A DNA stretch of 64,000 nt from Clostridia bacterium. Lineage in GTDB: Bacteria; Bacillota; Clostridia; Christensenellales; Borkfalkiaceae. The position numbers were made by a program, and so were the translations under genes. The first letter of the stretch is position 1, and every line of letters starts with the position of its first letter. The notes below the pieces were generated by a model that saw nothing but the letters and a program-made list of their open reading frames with translations, made no database searches and had not been told where the DNA came from. Where the stretch lies: the NCBI GenBank assembly GCA_017445995.1, contig JAFSRT010000013.1:545-64544 (forward strand). The letters are read 5' to 3'. Below, in pieces: positions 26,981 to 34,519 of the stretch.

Positions 26981-28054
26981 TTATCTGTTCTCCGTTTCGA
27001 ATTTTTTCATAAAGTCGATAAGGGCTTTAACGCCTTCAATCGGCATTGCGTTGTAGATTGACGCACGCATACCGCCGACAAGCCTGTGTCCTTTAAGCGA
27101 AACAAGTCCGCTTGCCGTCGCTTCTTTAACGAACTTCGCGTCTAAATCGGCGTTCGGCGAAACGAAAGGAACGTTCATAAGCGAACGGTCTTTTTTATTG
27201 ACGTTATTTTTATAGAAAGACGAGTTATCGATAAAGTCGTAAAGCATCTTTGCTTTTTCTTCATTGATTTTCTGCATAGCAGGAACACCGCCGTTTGCCT
27301 TTAAGTATCTGAAAACAAGCATAGCGATATACATAGGCCAGCACGGTGGGGTGTTGTACAAACTGTCGTTCTTGTCCTGAATAGCGTAGTTAAGCATAGT
27401 AGGACATTCAGGAAGGGCGTGTCCTAAAAGGTCTTTTTTTACTATTACGATAGTAAGACCCGCCGGTGCGACGTTTTTCTGTGCGCCGGCATAGATAAGC
27501 CCGAACTTACTTACGTCAACGACTTCCGATAAGATATTAGAACTCATATCGGTAACGAGCGTCGCGTCGGTTTTCGGAAGAGTGGTAAATCTCGAACCGA
27601 AAATAGTGTTGTTATAGGTAAAATGAACGTAATCTATTCCGTCGCGGAACTTTACGTTATTCATATCCGGGATATAGGTGAAGTTATCTTCTTTAGAAGA
27701 CGCCGCAACCGCCATATCGCCGTACTTTAATCCTTCTTCGTAAGCCTTGGTAGCGAAATTGCCGGTTAAAATATAATCGGCTTTTCTGTTCACCGCAAGG
27801 TTTAGCGGAACTGCCGCAAACTGTTGCGAAGCACCGCCCTGAACGAAAAGAACGGAATAGTTTTCAGGAATGTTCATAAGTTCGCGTAAAAGCGCGTTGG
27901 CTTCCGCGTTGACTTCCATGAAAGTTTTACCACGGTGGCTCATTTCCATGATGCTCATGCCCGTGCCTTGGTAGTCCAAAAGGTCTTTCTTCGCTTCTTC
28001 GAGAACGGGAAGAGGCAAGGTGGAAGGACCTGCTGCAAAGTTAAATACTCGCAT
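26981..28054 (-). CDS. serC: Phosphoserine aminotransferase
   Basis: I chose the start at ATG 28054 (MRVFNFAAGPSTLP) with AAGGAG upstream. The motifs SHRGK, GGASQQF, GAQKN and GGMRASIYNAMP are present. Confidence 0.9.
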   Translation of the reverse strand: MRVFNFAAGPSTLPLPVLEEAKKDLLDYQGTGMSIMEMSHRGKTFMEVNAEANALLRELMNIPENYSVLFVQGGASQQFAAVPLNLAVNRKADYILTGNFATKAYEEGLKYGDMAVAASSKEDNFTYIPDMNNVKFRDGIDYVHFTYNNTIFGSRFTTLPKTDATLVTDMSSNILSEVVDVSKFGLIYAGAQKNVAPAGLTIVIVKKDLLGHALPECPTMLNYAIQDKNDSLYNTPPCWPMYIAMLVFRYLKANGGVPAMQKINEEKAKMLYDFIDNSSFYKNNVNKKDRSLMNVPFVSPNADLDAKFVKEATASGLVSLKGHRLVGGMRASIYNAMPIEGVKALIDFMKKFETENR

Positions 28055-28088
28055 AATGTTTCTCCTTTTATAAATAGATTTTATCGGT

Positions 28089-28105
28089 GTGGAAATCGTT
28101 TCCAC
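28089..28105. promoter_or_regulatory. Perfect 7-3-7 palindrome in the serC leader (possible operator or small stem-loop)
   Basis: GTGGAAA-TCG-TTTCCAC lies between the predicted serC -10 and its RBS. Confidence 0.3.
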
Positions 28106-28114
28106 TTAATTAGG

Positions 28115-28143
28115 ATTATACACTTATAATACTTTTTTTTCAA
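28115..28143 (-). promoter_or_regulatory. Consensus sigma-A promoter for serC-serA
   Basis: Minus strand reads TTGAAA, a 17-nt spacer, then TATAAT. Confidence 0.6.
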
Positions 28144-28205
28144 GCAATTTTGACACTTTTTTTGATTTTATTATAAATAATAATTATATAAATAAATATA
28201 AAAAG

Positions 28206-28234
28206 TTTACAAACGAAAATAAATTGTGTATAAT
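28206..28234 (+). promoter_or_regulatory. Sigma-A promoter for the RNase J operon
   Basis: TTTACA, a 17-nt spacer, then TATAAT. Confidence 0.55.
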
Positions 28235-28279
28235 ACTATTAAAAAAAAGAAAAGTATTCGTAAATTAAGGATAAAATAA

Positions 28280-30148
28280 ATGAAAGAAAACAAGATAAAG
28301 GTACAAAAAAACGATAAAAGTAAAATAAAACCGAATAAGAATAACCCGAATAAGAAATTAAATAAAAAGCAGGAAAAACCGCAGAGTAAGACGGCAAAAG
28401 ATAATAAAAATAAAAAACCGATAAAAAAGCAACAAAAAGTTGTTTTAAGTAAACCGATAAATAAAAAACCGACGGTCATCAACGTCACGGCAGGGAAAAA
28501 CGAAAAAAAGGTGCTTAAAGTAAGATTTTTAGGCGGTGTCGGTGAAATCGGGAAGAATATGACCGTATTAGAATACGGTAAAGATATAATAGTTATCGAC
28601 GCGGGGTTATCGTTCCCTACCGACAATATGCCGGGGGTAGATCTGGTTATTCCCGATATAACCTTTTTAGAACAGAATAAGTCGAAGATAAAAGGTATTA
28701 TAATAACCCACGGGCATGAAGACCATATAGGTTCGTTACCGTTTATCTTAAAAGACGTAAAAGCCCCGATTTTCGGCACGAAACTTACGCTTACGCTTAT
28801 TGAAAACAGATTGAAAGAACAGAATATAAATAACGTAAGTCTGAACTGCATTAAGCCGAAAAGCGTAATAAAACTCGGCTGTTTTTCAATAGAGTTTATC
28901 AACGTAAACCACTCGATAGCGGGGGCTGTCGCGCTGTCAATTACAACGCCCGTCGGCGTAGTTTTTCACTCGGGAGATTTTAAGATAGATTACACGCCCG
29001 TAAGCGGAGAAACCACCGATTTACGGCGCATATCGGAAATAGGCGATAAGGGTGTTTTACTTATGCTTGCCGAATCGACGAATATTGAAATCGAAGGCAC
29101 GACGATGAGTGAATCGGTCGTTAAAGAGACGCTTGAACACGTCTTTTCGGACAACGCTAAAAGAAGGCTGATTATCGCTACTTTTGCATCTAACGTTCAT
29201 AGACTTCAACAGATTCTCGATTTAGCGGTAAAATATAAGCGCAAAGTCGCTTTTTCGGGCAGAAGTATGATAAATATCGCCGAATCAGCGTCTAAAATCG
29301 GCGAACTTACTATCGAAAAAGATTTAATAGTCGACGTAGAGAAAACGAAAGTATTAAAACCCGAAGAGACGGTTATTATCTCGACGGGAACGCAGGGCGA
29401 ACCTATGAGCGCGCTTACCCGAATGGCAAGCGGGGAGTTTAATAAAGTTAAGATAGGCGAAGACGACACGGTGGTAATATCTGCGTCGGTAATCCCGGGC
29501 AACGAAAAAATGATATACGGGGTAATAAACAACCTGTACCGAAAGGGCGCGGAAGTAATTTACGAAAGTTTAGAGCCTATCCACGTTTCGGGGCACGCCT
29601 GCCGTGGCGAATTAAGGATTTTACACACTCTTATTAAACCGAAGTTCTTTATTCCCGTTCACGGCGAATACAGGCACCTAAAAAAGCACGTTTTACTTGC
29701 CGAAAGCCTTGGCATGAAGGAAAGCAATACGCTAATTGCCGACATAGGCGACACGGTGGAACTGACGAAAGACATCATGAAACGTGGCGAAAGGTTCGTT
29801 GCGGGGTCGAGATTTGTGGACGGCGTCGGAATAGACGGGGAAGACAGTTTCGTTTTCCGCGACAGAGTACATTTATCGGAAGACGGGCTTATGGTAATAG
29901 TAGTCGGGCTTGACGAACTCTCGGCGCGTCTTAACTCTATCGAGATAGTAACGAAAGGTCTTGTTATAAAGGATACTTTAACGGAAGAAATAAAAGCCAA
30001 CTTAAAAAACACTATAAACCAAGTCGATTTAAGGGAAATAAAGGACGAAAAGGAATTGTCGTCTTTAATCGGCAGAAGTATAAAGAACTTTATTTTTAAG
30101 TCGACGAAGAAAAACCCGATGATACTACCTATAGTTATCGTAAACTGA
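28280..30148 (+). CDS. rnj: Ribonuclease J with an ~80-aa Lys-rich N-terminal extension
   Basis: The core begins at VRFLGGVGEIGKNMTVLEY. The motif THGHEDHIG shows the beta-CASP metallo-beta-lactamase architecture. The first ~80 aa are K/N/P-rich low complexity. Confidence 0.9.
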   Translation: MKENKIKVQKNDKSKIKPNKNNPNKKLNKKQEKPQSKTAKDNKNKKPIKKQQKVVLSKPINKKPTVINVTAGKNEKKVLKVRFLGGVGEIGKNMTVLEYGKDIIVIDAGLSFPTDNMPGVDLVIPDITFLEQNKSKIKGIIITHGHEDHIGSLPFILKDVKAPIFGTKLTLTLIENRLKEQNINNVSLNCIKPKSVIKLGCFSIEFINVNHSIAGAVALSITTPVGVVFHSGDFKIDYTPVSGETTDLRRISEIGDKGVLLMLAESTNIEIEGTTMSESVVKETLEHVFSDNAKRRLIIATFASNVHRLQQILDLAVKYKRKVAFSGRSMINIAESASKIGELTIEKDLIVDVEKTKVLKPEETVIISTGTQGEPMSALTRMASGEFNKVKIGEDDTVVISASVIPGNEKMIYGVINNLYRKGAEVIYESLEPIHVSGHACRGELRILHTLIKPKFFIPVHGEYRHLKKHVLLAESLGMKESNTLIADIGDTVELTKDIMKRGERFVAGSRFVDGVGIDGEDSFVFRDRVHLSEDGLMVIVVGLDELSARLNSIEIVTKGLVIKDTLTEEIKANLKNTINQVDLREIKDEKELSSLIGRSIKNFIFKSTKKNPMILPIVIVN

Positions 30149-30150
30149 TT

Positions 30151-30738
30151 ATGGACGAAAGAATAACAGAAAAGAGAAACCAAGCACGGATGGACGGCAA
30201 TCCCGTTTTAAGAGAAAAATCTTTTGAAAAACTTTTAAGCGTAGTAAAAGCCGAACAACCCAAAAAAATACTTGAAATAGGTACGAACGTCGGGCTTACG
30301 GGGATAGCGATGCTTTTAGAAAGTAAGGACGCTACGTTAACGGGTATCGAAATAGACGAAGACGTTTTTAATAAAGCGAAAGAAAACTATAAAATATTCG
30401 GTGTAGAAAAGCGCACGCGCTTGTTTTTAGGTAGTGCGTCGGATATTTTACCGCTCATTTCGGGCGAGTTCGACTTCGTTTTTATCGACGGACCGAAAGG
30501 GCATTATTACGAATATTTGCAGTACGTTAAGCCGTTAGTGGTAAAAGGCGGAATAATTTTTGCGGACAACGTTTTATTCCGCGGATTTTTAAGCGGAAAA
30601 TTCAAAGTTCCGAAAAGGCATAGCACAATACTTCACAGTTTACAGAACTTCGTAAAGGAAATAAGCGATAGCGAAAAGTTCGATACCGAGATAATCGATA
30701 TAGAAGACGGAATAAGCATATCAAGGAAGAAATACTGA
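30151..30738 (+). CDS. Class I SAM-dependent O-methyltransferase (YrrM/TrmR-like)
   Basis: 195 aa. It has ILEIGTNVGLTG (motif I) and FDFVFIDGPK, and is followed by a U32 peptidase-family gene as in B. subtilis yrrM-yrrN/O. Confidence 0.65.
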   Translation: MDERITEKRNQARMDGNPVLREKSFEKLLSVVKAEQPKKILEIGTNVGLTGIAMLLESKDATLTGIEIDEDVFNKAKENYKIFGVEKRTRLFLGSASDILPLISGEFDFVFIDGPKGHYYEYLQYVKPLVVKGGIIFADNVLFRGFLSGKFKVPKRHSTILHSLQNFVKEISDSEKFDTEIIDIEDGISISRKKY

Positions 30739-30740
30739 AA

Positions 30741-31958
30741 ATGGATAAAGTCGAATTATTGTCGCCCGCGGGCGATATGTCAAAATTAAAAACGGCAATT
30801 TATTACGGGGCGGACGCGGTGTACGTCGGCGGAAAATCCTTTTCGCTACGCGCTTTAGCGGGCAATTTTACCGACGAAGAACTAAAAGAAGCGACGGAGT
30901 TTGTACATAGTAAAAATAAGAAAATATACGTTACGGTAAACATTTTCGGCAGAAACGACGATATAGAAAAATCGAAACCGTACTTTAAGTATTTGGAAAG
31001 TATAGGCGTTGACGGGGCGATAATTTCCGATTTAGGGCTGATTTCCGTCTGCCGTGAAGTTGCACCTGATCTTAAAATCAACGTATCGACGCAGGCTAAT
31101 TCCCTTAACTATAAAACCGTCGAGTTCTATAAAAAACTCGGCGCGACCCGAGTTATTCTTGCACGGGAACTATCGTTATCTGAAATAAAAGAGATAAAAA
31201 GCAAAAACCCCGATATAGAGTTAGAAACCTTTATTCACGGCGCAATGTGTATTTCTTATAGCGGAAGATGTCTTCTTTCCGATTATAGGACGGGTAGAAG
31301 CAGTAATCGCGGTGCTTGTGTTCAGGCATGCAGGTGGCAGTATGAAATACGCGAAAAGGACAGCGAAACGGGTTATATGACGATAGAAGAAGACGAACGG
31401 GGGACTTATATATTAAACAGTAAGGATTTAAACCTTATAGATTATATAAAAGAACTTATCGACGCGGGGGTAATTTCCTTTAAGATTGAAGGCAGGATGA
31501 AATCGGAATATTACCTTGCAACCGTAGTAAACGCATACCGAAGGGCTATCGACGCTTACTATAACGAAGGTGAAACCTATAAAAACAATCCGTTATATAA
31601 AGACGAGTTGGAAAAGACGGCGCACAGAGAGTTTACGACGGCGTATTTATTAGGCGAAAACGACAGAACGGTAAATTATGAAGACAGCCAGAGTAAAGGA
31701 ACGCGTAAGTTTATTGCGGTCGTGTTGGAAGATTGTAAAGACGGCTACGCCATTATCGAAATGCGAAACCGATTTGCCGTAGGGGACGAGTTGGAAGTTT
31801 TATCGCCGAACGAAACCTGTAATAAGATTATAAAAGTTAATAGGTTAGAAGACGAAAAAGGCGAGAAAATAAACGACGCGAAAGTGGTTCAGCAAAGGCT
31901 AAAATTATACACCGAAATACCGCTTAAAAGTGGCGATATTTTAAGAACGAAAATATAA
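30741..31958 (+). CDS. Peptidase U32 family protein (YrrO/TrhP-like)
   Basis: 405 aa. ELLSPAG, GADAVY.GG, the U32 signature region E.FIHGAMCISYSGRCLLS and a C-terminal beta-barrel-like domain are present. Confidence 0.85.
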   Translation: MDKVELLSPAGDMSKLKTAIYYGADAVYVGGKSFSLRALAGNFTDEELKEATEFVHSKNKKIYVTVNIFGRNDDIEKSKPYFKYLESIGVDGAIISDLGLISVCREVAPDLKINVSTQANSLNYKTVEFYKKLGATRVILARELSLSEIKEIKSKNPDIELETFIHGAMCISYSGRCLLSDYRTGRSSNRGACVQACRWQYEIREKDSETGYMTIEEDERGTYILNSKDLNLIDYIKELIDAGVISFKIEGRMKSEYYLATVVNAYRRAIDAYYNEGETYKNNPLYKDELEKTAHREFTTAYLLGENDRTVNYEDSQSKGTRKFIAVVLEDCKDGYAIIEMRNRFAVGDELEVLSPNETCNKIIKVNRLEDEKGEKINDAKVVQQRLKLYTEIPLKSGDILRTKI

Positions 31959-31967
31959 GCAAGGTAA

Positions 31968-31997
31968 AAAAACACGCTATACGGTGTGTTTTTTTTT
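31968..31997 (+). terminator. Rho-independent terminator
   Basis: Short imperfect hairpin acacg..cggtgt followed by nine T residues. Confidence 0.6.
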
Positions 31998-32036
31998 GAC
32001 CAAAATCAATTTTTTTGTGGAAAATTGTCAAATAAG

Positions 32037-32065
32037 TTGACTTTCGAAAATAATAATGTTATAAT
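32037..32065 (+). promoter_or_regulatory. Consensus-like sigma-A promoter
   Basis: TTGACT, a 17-nt spacer, then TATAAT. Confidence 0.6.
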
Positions 32066-32131
32066 AACCTTAATTTCAGAAATATAAGTATTTTAATCGG
32101 AATATAATTTATACTAAATAAAGGAGTATTT

Positions 32132-34141
32132 ATGAATAAAGTTTCACTTTCGGGAGTTCAGGGGCAAAAGGTAACGAAAACGAGTTTTGCCATTATTTTC
32201 GGCATTTTCGTTGGGTTTTTATCCATTGTTACGGCTCTTGCGTCTGTTGCGGTTTTGATTTTGAAACTCGGCGGAACGGGAATATCGCTTCTCGCTATCA
32301 CGCAAAGTATTATTAACGGCGGAAGTATCGTTTTAAAAAGTCTTATCGCATACGCTATTTTCATTATTACTATGGCGATAATCGTTATATATACGATTGT
32401 TTCGTCAATTAAGCAAATGTCGTTATCGGGTAAGCCTGTCGGCAATATAAATATAAACTTGCCTGCCGGATTAGCGATGATGTTTTTGTTTTCCTTCACC
32501 ACTTTCGATATTTATTTTAACGCTTATATACCTTCGCTTGCGCATACTGTTTGTTTGTATTCGGTGCTTGCGATTTTGGTTCTTAAATATTTATATAATA
32601 TCGTTTACGCGGTATCGATGTCGAAATACTGGGTTAAATCTCATAAAAAGTGTAACAGCGTAATTTTGCTTACGGTTATCGGGCTTTTACTTGCCGTATT
32701 CTTTACTGTTGCGGGTATCGTCGATAACGGCGGAATTGCCTTTTACCTTAATTTCGATATATTGACTAATATCTTTAAACCCGAGTTTTTATATGCTGAA
32801 ATGTTAGCGGTAATAGAACAGATAAATAATATCGCGTTCAATTTCGGCGCAGTTGGTATTCAAGGTCTGTTTACGCTTTTAGGTCAACTTTTAAGTATTG
32901 CGATTTTCATTGAAATATTAAGGGTTGTTGCAAGTTTATTGTTCACACTTATAACTTTTGCGTTCGACAGAAAATATTACGTTGCTTCTAAATATTTCAG
33001 AAAAACGGGTCTTTTAGGCAGTGCTTTCCGCATTGTCGTACTTAAAGTTTTAATCTTTGCTTGCGCATATTTACTCGGTTCGGGATTAGTAATTATTAAC
33101 CTTCTTAACGTAGTAGTTCCGTTTGCCGTTATCGTTATATTATTGATTGTGATTTCTGTCATCAATAAAAAAATGAAAAAACTTGAAGAAGATAAACTTT
33201 ATCTTTTAGATAACGTTGACGAAGAATACGTAAACGAAGATATGCTTATCGAAACCGCTAATGAAGACGCGATTAAGGAAACGGCGGACGAAGAAACGAC
33301 GGAAGAAGAACCGATTGAAGACGGGGAATACGCCGACGACGTAGAAGGCGACGAATTTATCGACGAAGACGACGAAGCGGACGAAACGGAAGATGCGGAA
33401 GACGTTGAAGAAACGGCGCAGAATTACGGCGCACAGAACCAACAACCGCAAGGTTATCCGTATCCACAGAACGGTCAGATACCGCCTTATCCGTATCCGC
33501 CATACCCGATTTATCCGCAAGGTTATCCGTATCCGCAGAACGGTCAGATACCGCCTTATCCGTATCCGCCATACCCTAATAACGGTCAACCTATGATTAT
33601 TTACGTTCCTGTAAACGCTAACGGTCAACCGATAGGTCAGATACCGACCCCGCAACAGCCGATAAATAATCAACCAAAGCCTAAAAAAGTTCCAGTTGTC
33701 GACGAAGAAGACGATAACGAGAGTTCTGATTTCAATATCGTTAAAAAGACGTTGGACGAAAAGATAGCCGACTTAAAGAGTACCGAAAGAAGGTATTATA
33801 CTCAAATTATGGATTACGCGTCTAAAAAAGAAGGCGTAAGAAGAAATAAGAGTACTTTTGCCGACACGGTTACTTACGGAAGAGATTGTATAGTAAAGAC
33901 AAAAATAAAGAACGGAAAAATAGTATGTTCCTTCTCGTTTGCCAACTATCAGGTTCAACAGATGCTTAACGGCACGACGGCAAAATCGCAGATGACGACG
34001 GTTAAAGTCGTTGACGCGCAGTCTTATAGCCTTGCAAAACAGAGTATCGATATGGCTTATAAATGCGCTTTGGAAGCAAAGGAAATGCGCCATCAGGAAC
34101 AACTTAAGAAACGCCGTGAAGCAAGAAAAGAAAATAAATAA
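32132..34141 (+). CDS. Hypothetical multi-domain membrane protein (669 aa): polytopic N-terminus, acidic linker, duplicated Pro/Tyr-rich unit, basic C-terminal domain
   Basis: RBS AAAGGAG. About 9 hydrophobic segments lie in aa 1-345. Then comes a D/E-rich tract, then QGYPYPQNGQIPPYPYPPYP twice, then a ~150-aa Lys-rich soluble domain. No family recognised. Confidence 0.75.
   Translation: MNKVSLSGVQGQKVTKTSFAIIFGIFVGFLSIVTALASVAVLILKLGGTGISLLAITQSIINGGSIVLKSLIAYAIFIITMAIIVIYTIVSSIKQMSLSGKPVGNININLPAGLAMMFLFSFTTFDIYFNAYIPSLAHTVCLYSVLAILVLKYLYNIVYAVSMSKYWVKSHKKCNSVILLTVIGLLLAVFFTVAGIVDNGGIAFYLNFDILTNIFKPEFLYAEMLAVIEQINNIAFNFGAVGIQGLFTLLGQLLSIAIFIEILRVVASLLFTLITFAFDRKYYVASKYFRKTGLLGSAFRIVVLKVLIFACAYLLGSGLVIINLLNVVVPFAVIVILLIVISVINKKMKKLEEDKLYLLDNVDEEYVNEDMLIETANEDAIKETADEETTEEEPIEDGEYADDVEGDEFIDEDDEADETEDAEDVEETAQNYGAQNQQPQGYPYPQNGQIPPYPYPPYPIYPQGYPYPQNGQIPPYPYPPYPNNGQPMIIYVPVNANGQPIGQIPTPQQPINNQPKPKKVPVVDEEDDNESSDFNIVKKTLDEKIADLKSTERRYYTQIMDYASKKEGVRRNKSTFADTVTYGRDCIVKTKIKNGKIVCSFSFANYQVQQMLNGTTAKSQMTTVKVVDAQSYSLAKQSIDMAYKCALEAKEMRHQEQLKKRREARKENK
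33449..33576 (+). repeat. Tandem 69-bp duplication (about 1.85 copies, one mismatch) inside the CDS
   Basis: caaggttatccgtatcc[a/g]cagaacggtcagataccgccttatccgtatccgccataccc is present at 33449 and again at 33518. Confidence 0.9.
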
Positions 34142-34150
34142 TTAAAGTTA

Positions 34151-34177
34151 AAACACGCCTGATTTCGGCGTGTTTTT
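34151..34177 (+). terminator. Rho-independent terminator
   Basis: Hairpin aaacacgcc / ggcgtgttt followed by a T-run. Confidence 0.8.
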
Positions 34178-34217
34178 ATTTTTAAATAAAAAACGGCGAA
34201 AAACCTTTTCGCCGTAC

Positions 34218-34246
34218 TTGACAATATGATAGAATTTTAATATATT
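34218..34246 (+). promoter_or_regulatory. Sigma-A type promoter for feoAB
   Basis: TTGACA, a 17-nt spacer, then TATATT. Confidence 0.5.
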
Positions 34247-34282
34247 ATTATACGAGAAAAGTTATCAAAAAGGAAGAAATAT

Positions 34283-34519
34283 ATGACGAAAACACTCGAT
34301 AAATTTTCTATAGGCGAAAGCGGAGTAGTTGTAAAGGTGGACGGCGAACGCAAGATTAAAAGAAGATTATACGATATGGGTATCACAAACGGCGCGGAAG
34401 TGTATTTAAGAAAAAAAGCACCGCTTGGCGACCCGATTGAAATATCGGTAAGAAGTTATGAACTGTCTTTAAGGAAATCGGAAGCGGCTTGCGTTACCGT
34501 GGAGGTAAAGCATGTATAG
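34283..34519 (+). CDS. feoA: Ferrous iron transport protein A
   Basis: 78-aa SH3-like FeoA (GESGVVVKVDGERKIKRRLYDMGI..G), overlapping the feoB start. Confidence 0.9.
   Translation: MTKTLDKFSIGESGVVVKVDGERKIKRRLYDMGITNGAEVYLRKKAPLGDPIEISVRSYELSLRKSEAACVTVEVKHV

Noticed and set aside
28207-28902. 231-aa minus-strand ORF antisense to the start of the RNase J gene
   Set aside because: It is a low-complexity Phe/Leu-rich translation of the complement of the Lys-rich (AAA/AAG) extension. It has no RBS and no recognisable features. The plus-strand RNase J frame is clearly real.
33206-33673. Several ORFs (33206-33673 minus, 33357-33572 minus, 33393-33596 plus) across the acidic and Pro-rich region
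   Set aside because: They are Arg-rich or repetitive translations of alternative frames of a compositionally biased repeat region. They lie inside a long, well-supported plus-strand CDS.
34192-34215. Second hairpin (acggcgaaaa / ttttcgccgt) that looks like a minus-strand terminator
   Set aside because: No minus-strand gene lies upstream of it. It is most simply a second or bidirectional stem in the terminator region after the 32132-34141 gene, next to the feo -35.
34218-34260. Fur box expected upstream of feoAB
   Set aside because: The best candidate, TGATAGAATTTTAAT, matches only the left half-site of TGATAAT-N-ATTATCA. That is too weak to call.
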